In this document: positions 59,984 to 64,000 of the stretch, one piece after another
How the letters are laid out: each line of letters begins with the position of its first letter
How positions within the stretch are numbered: position 1 is the first letter of the stretch
DNA from: Candidatus Omnitrophota bacterium
GTDB lineage: Bacteria > Omnitrophota > Gorgyraeia > JAFGGP01
DNA length: 64,000 bases
NCBI GenBank assembly: GCA_016930485.1
Contig: JAFGGP010000013.1
Coordinates: 153,157 to 217,156, forward strand
Reading direction: 5' to 3'
The notes under the pieces: generated by a model
What the model saw: the letters and a program-made list of their open reading frames with translations, nothing else
Told to the model about the DNA's origin: nothing
Database searches by the model: none
Made by a program: the position numbers and the translations under genes

Positions 59984-60024
59984 TGTTGTGTAACCTCTTT
60001 TATTACAACATAATGCGATTCAGG

Positions 60025-60480
60025 TTAGTCCTCTTCAACCTCTTTATAGGTGCCGTCCTTTAGCATCCGCGGAATCCTGAAGTTGCGGGCCATGCGATAC
60101 GTCAAAAGGTAGACGGCGGGGGATGCGCTGATTTTTGACATGGCAATCTGATCGCAGAGCAGATGAACTGTCATCCCCCAAGCCACACCGATAATCCACT
60201 CATTGCGATTCCACAAAAGCACAGAGAACCATAAAAAAAAGATAATTTCATACGAATGGAGAATCAGATAGAATTTATGCAAACGGTTTTCTAAAAGGCG
60301 CCGATACATCACGCGCAACGTAGAAAATCTCCTGTATGTCATAAAGTAATCCAAAAAATGGTCGATGTCAATGAATATCCCTATTAGGAGACAACCAAGG
60401 GCAACCTCTAGAGAGCGTACCATACCGTAGAGTATTGCGCTGCTTGCTGTTGAAAGAATCACGTGCGTCATCGGCTTCAT
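60025..60480 (-). CDS. Membrane-bound metal-dependent hydrolase, YdjM/DUF457-like
   Basis: MKPMTHVILS..., FIDIDHFLDYF and 4-5 TM segments. The start is set to the ATG at 60480 to avoid overlap with the M48 gene. Confidence 0.5.
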   Translation of the reverse strand: MKPMTHVILSTASSAILYGMVRSLEVALGCLLIGIFIDIDHFLDYFMTYRRFSTLRVMYRRLLENRLHKFYLILHSYEIIFFLWFSVLLWNRNEWIIGVAWGMTVHLLCDQIAMSKISASPAVYLLTYRMARNFRIPRMLKDGTYKEVEED

Positions 60481-60502
60481 GAGGAATGAGGTCGCTGTCT
60501 TT

Positions 60503-61642
60503 TTATGATATATTCTGTGCGTAGGCAATACGCTTTTCGATGGGTGGATGATTATAAAAAAAGATTTCTATCAGTCTCCCCGGACTGATATCCGCCAGGT
60601 TATCTCTGGCGAGGCGTTGCATGCAACTGACAAAGGAATCGCGTAGGCCGGTTAACTCCAATGCAAAAAGGTCGGCCCGTTTTTCTAAATATCGGGAATA
60701 TCCGTTTGAGAGCGGCATCGCCAGGAGATTCAAAAAAAGAAAGCTGAGATACAGCATGGGGAATATATCAATTTGAAAAATCACCTCTGCATGTAGCGCT
60801 GCCGCTATAACCCCAAGAAACCGCTGCATGACAAAAAACCCCAGAGACGACAGAATCGCACTAAAAATGAGGGCTTTTGCTGTATGTCTCAGAATATGAT
60901 GCGCAAATTCATGGGCTATAACCACCTCTATTTCTTCGGTGCTGTAGTGTTCGAGCAGCGTATCTGCCAGCAACACCCGTTTGGACGCGCCCAACCCCGC
61001 CAGGGCGGCATTGGCCTTTTTGGTGTCCTTGCTCAAATTAATCTCGCATACATCAAACAGCTTCATGTGTGCCTTGTTAGCTAAGGCAAAGATCCTTTCC
61101 CGAATCTCACGATCGGTTATTGGCCGATACCTGTAAAAAAGCGGGATGATGAGAACGGGAAAAAGGTGTCTCACAATAACGGTGCATAAAAGCCAAAATG
61201 CTGCCGCTGCTATCCACCAATTATCGGGCAGGGTGCGCAAAAGATAATACCATGCCTCGATAACAAGGATGAAAAAGGCATAGGAGAGGAGAAATCGCTT
61301 GAGATAGTCGTCTACCCAACGGGAAAGAGTCTGATTGGAAAGTCCGAATTGATGTTCAACGATATACCCCTGATAAAAACTAAGGGGAATGGTTACAAGG
61401 TGAAAAATGAGGATAAAGGCGGTAAGGTACAAAAAAAGCGCGGCCGCGAAATGAGTCGCAATCTTCCCACAATGCCCTGCAAGGTCAAGCGAGAATCCAG
61501 AGAACTGAAAGATAAGCAAAAAAACCGTACTTACGGCAAGGCTGATGAAGAAAAGAAGATATCTCCTTCGGGCGTAGGCCTTTGCCCGTAACACCCTGCA
61601 CCCGCTATCGATACACAAGATCATCTGCTGTGCCCCAGCCAC
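60503..61642 (-). CDS. M48 family (HtpX/Ste24-like) zinc metallopeptidase
   Basis: 379 aa, multi-TM. VIAHEFAHHILRH (HExxH) and a downstream E..AD. Confidence 0.8.
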   Translation of the reverse strand: MAGAQQMILCIDSGCRVLRAKAYARRRYLLFFISLAVSTVFLLIFQFSGFSLDLAGHCGKIATHFAAALFLYLTAFILIFHLVTIPLSFYQGYIVEHQFGLSNQTLSRWVDDYLKRFLLSYAFFILVIEAWYYLLRTLPDNWWIAAAAFWLLCTVIVRHLFPVLIIPLFYRYRPITDREIRERIFALANKAHMKLFDVCEINLSKDTKKANAALAGLGASKRVLLADTLLEHYSTEEIEVVIAHEFAHHILRHTAKALIFSAILSSLGFFVMQRFLGVIAAALHAEVIFQIDIFPMLYLSFLFLNLLAMPLSNGYSRYLEKRADLFALELTGLRDSFVSCMQRLARDNLADISPGRLIEIFFYNHPPIEKRIAYAQNIS

Positions 61643-61708
61643 ATATTAAAAAAGATATCTCTTCTCTGGTTAAAACCACACCCTCTCCTACATGCGATGG
61701 CGCCTCTT

Positions 61709-62002
61709 TTATTGCGTCGCGGTAAAAACCGAGGCCTCCTCAGTTCCATTAACCTCCAAAGGTTTGAGCCCCACCTTATAGGCAATATCGCATAACTCCT
61801 CTTTGCCGACATCATCTAACGTTTTGTGCCTGCTCTTGAGCTGTTCATTAATCTTGATGCTTTTTTCCTGCAGCAGGGCATGGGTAGACTGAGAGCCGCC
61901 GTACAGCCTGAAATTCTTTCCCAGTGTAACTCTTTTATGCCCGTCTTGTGCATCTAATCCGAGCCCAAGGATCTCCCTTTTCTCTTTCATCCATCTCTCC
62001 AC
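61709..62002 (-). CDS. Hypothetical small protein
   Basis: 97 aa, hydrophilic. No motif recognised. The coding call rests on position and length only. Confidence 0.35.
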   Translation of the reverse strand: MERWMKEKREILGLGLDAQDGHKRVTLGKNFRLYGGSQSTHALLQEKSIKINEQLKSRHKTLDDVGKEELCDIAYKVGLKPLEVNGTEEASVFTATQ

Positions 62003-62059
62003 AAAATGTTATTCTCCGTTACTTTATATTATATAATATGTTAGATAGAGATACAATCA

Positions 62060-62569
62060 TTAATCACCTATCCCCCAGTACTCTTTTAGCTCATCCTCCA
62101 ATCGCCTCTTCTGGGCGTATGACAGTCTTCTTTTGTTTGTTTGAGTAACGCCCCATCCCCGCCTCTCCTGTCCTGTGGATTGTTTAAGACATATCTCTAA
62201 TAACAGGACAGTACTCATACAAAATGCACAAAAACTCTTTGCCGTACTCATAATCTCGCGATCATCAGAGACGATAATAAACTTCTCGGGCGCAGGTGAA
62301 GACCGTATGCGATCTCTGATATAGCTGTCGGCTGACTCTGTCGCAAAGACTTCTCTGGGCATAGCAGAAACCCGGTCTCCGTTCGGCTGACAAACATCAG
62401 GGCTTCCGTCATAGACGATATATATCCCCCTGACCGGTTTGGCAAAACGGGCCCGCATAACGAGGGATCTGAGAAATCGGCGGTTGTCTTGCAGCGTCCC
62501 AGTAAAGATGTCATCTCTCCCTTTAATAACATTATATCCGTCGATAAGTACCGTATATCCTGTGCTCAT
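62060..62569 (-). CDS. NYN-domain protein, YacP/Rae1-like ribonuclease family
   Basis: 169 aa. VLIDGYNVIK, IYIVYDG, SADSYI and IIVSDDREI, the pattern of YacP-like NYN domains. Confidence 0.72.
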   Translation of the reverse strand: MSTGYTVLIDGYNVIKGRDDIFTGTLQDNRRFLRSLVMRARFAKPVRGIYIVYDGSPDVCQPNGDRVSAMPREVFATESADSYIRDRIRSSPAPEKFIIVSDDREIMSTAKSFCAFCMSTVLLLEICLKQSTGQERRGWGVTQTNKRRLSYAQKRRLEDELKEYWGIGD

Positions 62570-63339
62570 CGTCTCTCCTGGCGATTCTTGATCTTCTCCT
62601 TAATGGGGCAGATTTCCAGATAATCGCACCATGCACACAACGCATTCATACGCGGCACAAACTCCCTTTGGTTTTTCATCTGCTCGGCAATTCCTATTGC
62701 CCGGGAACGCGTTTCCTCAAGCATATCATCGGTAGGATAAATCGAGCGAAACTCCCCCTTCTTAAGAAAAAAATAACTCGCCTTGACAACAGGTATATCG
62801 GGATGGCTTTGCTGGATGATCAGGGTATAGAGTTTCAGCTGGAGGCAGTCGTCATCCGTAACGACGCCAACCGAGTCCTCAAGTGGAGAACCGGTCTTGT
62901 AGTCGACAATATGGAGCCCTTCGGGTTCGTGATCGATGCGGTCGATGCGCCCTGATAGCGAGACTGCGTTGGCCAGTTCGATTGAACAGTAGGTCTCGGG
63001 GAGGAGATAGGGATCTTTTGTGACATCAAAGCCGAGATAGAAATTTCGTAACTGCCTGAGTCCTTCCATGCCCCACTCACGCTCCTCATCGAGAGAAGAA
63101 AATCCCCTTCTGTTTCTCTTCCACTTTTCCCGAAACAGATGTTCGAGGTTTGCCAACGTCCGATCGCCAGGGGCAAAATCCTTGTAAAAGCTATTGAGTG
63201 TATCGTGGATATTTTCCCCGAGGGTCAGGAAGGGCCTTTCTTTTCTGTATCGCTTTCTGATCTCAGGTGTCGTATAAAAGCGATACTGCATCGGGCACCG
63301 GCTAAATATGACAATGGTATGATGACTAAGCTGAAACAT
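62566..63339 (-). CDS. PD-(D/E)XK nuclease with Cas4/AddB-type Fe-S cysteines
   Basis: 257 aa. N-terminal Cys (FSRCP) plus C-terminal CAWCDYLEIC. GRIDRID...IVDYKTG (D...DxK) and QLKLY (QxxxY). Confidence 0.78.
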   Translation of the reverse strand: MFQLSHHTIVIFSRCPMQYRFYTTPEIRKRYRKERPFLTLGENIHDTLNSFYKDFAPGDRTLANLEHLFREKWKRNRRGFSSLDEEREWGMEGLRQLRNFYLGFDVTKDPYLLPETYCSIELANAVSLSGRIDRIDHEPEGLHIVDYKTGSPLEDSVGVVTDDDCLQLKLYTLIIQQSHPDIPVVKASYFFLKKGEFRSIYPTDDMLEETRSRAIGIAEQMKNQREFVPRMNALCAWCDYLEICPIKEKIKNRQERR

Positions 63340-63357
63340 TACTCCTGATTTTTCCGT

Positions 63358-63717
63358 CTACTTGCCAACGATCAATCTGATAGAAAAAAGAAGCAACACA
63401 ACACCAAATACCTTTTTAAGCACCGCATCAGAAATGAGATGTGAAAACATAGCGCCGATGTATCCTCCGAAAAAGAAGCCGATGCACACAAAAAGTGCGA
63501 TACTCAATTGCACGTTTCCCGCGACATAGTAGCGCCAGGCGGCTAAAAGCCCGATCGGAGGAATCATGATAGCAAGCGAGGTCCCCTGTGCCTGGTGTTG
63601 CGTCAGGCCGTAGATATAGACAAGCATCGGTACCATGATAATGCCACCGCCCAAACCAAGAAAACCGCTGACTATACCGGTACACAACCCTAAGGCTATA
63701 TATCCAAGCCAATTCAT
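63358..63717 (-). CDS. Half-size TauE/SafE (TSUP) family membrane protein
   Basis: 119 aa, 4 TM. GIVSGFLGLGGGIIMVPML and QAQGTSLA motifs. About half the usual TSUP length. Confidence 0.7.
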   Translation of the reverse strand: MNWLGYIALGLCTGIVSGFLGLGGGIIMVPMLVYIYGLTQHQAQGTSLAIMIPPIGLLAAWRYYVAGNVQLSIALFVCIGFFFGGYIGAMFSHLISDAVLKKVFGVVLLLFSIRLIVGK

Positions 63718-63741
63718 ACTACCCCCCCCTCTCGAATGAAG

Positions 63742-64000
63742 TTATATCCTTTTCCCGATCAACAACTTAAAAATGCCGATTACGGCAATAACCCCGAAAC
63801 TGCACAATATAATGGGTATGCCGACCTTCAACTCACAGTAAAGCAACATATGGGCTGCATCCCTGTAATACAGCTTATAGTAACCGCCTGCCGCCACGGT
63901 GCCCGAAAGCATAATAAGTGCTGCGCTATATACCCTCCCCTGGATCGACAAAAGCCCGAGCAGTCCGCATACTATTGCCACAATAGGCACCAGATACACC
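63742..64000 (-). CDS. Membrane protein, 5'-truncated by window edge
   Basis: The frame is open to the window end. Three hydrophobic segments, no motif. Confidence 0.3.
   Translation of the reverse strand, partial: VYLVPIVAIVCGLLGLLSIQGRVYSAALIMLSGTVAAGGYYKLYYRDAAHMLLYCELKVGIPIILCSFGVIAVIGIFKLLIGKRI

Overview
The window looks like a gene-dense bacterial chromosome segment, with about 75 supportable protein genes. All protein calls rest on motif recognition by eye, with no database search.

Orientation is strictly polarised. Every credible gene from 14 to 45741 is on the + strand, and every one from 46059 to 64000 is on the - strand. The 317-bp convergent spacer between them carries a 28-bp dif-like XerC/D site, so the window probably spans the replication terminus.

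The + half is mostly housekeeping:
- Core metabolism: aroQ, efp, accB-accC, gmhA-rfaE2, thiE, gdhA, glnA, carA, an N-terminal-half-only carB, pyrG, aroB and etfBA.
- One tRNA-Gly(CCC), followed directly by an IS3-family element whose right end abuts the gdhA start.
- A LarA-like gene broken at an A8 run.
- An AT-rich, promoter-led cluster: AAA/STAND-like ATPase, HIT, dGTPase-like protein and a degenerate GAF/HD-GYP protein.

The - half holds less ordinary content:
- A tightly coupled 7-gene operon: DUF362, Cys-rich protein, ThiF-like E1, DJ-1, nitroreductase, metallophosphoesterase and a phosphatase-like lipoprotein.
- Secreted-protein genes, hflKC and dtd.
- An M48 peptidase and a Cas4-like nuclease/NYN pair.

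The strongest non-coding signal is two paralogous minus-strand leaders, each behind a TTGCAT-N17-CATA(G/C)T promoter. Both carry the hallmark blocks of the c-di-GMP-I (GEMM-I) riboswitch, but with an extra insertion splitting the canonical core. One precedes an RlpA-like gene and has a perfect terminator. The other precedes a secreted two-gene operon and has a G11 tract at its RBS. This fits the window's other c-di-GMP content: three stand-alone PilZ proteins, one canonical HD-GYP and one degenerate HD-GYP.

Two small proteins resembling PVC-restricted families weakly suggest a PVC-group or Omnitrophota-like organism. No CRISPR array, rRNA or prophage was seen.
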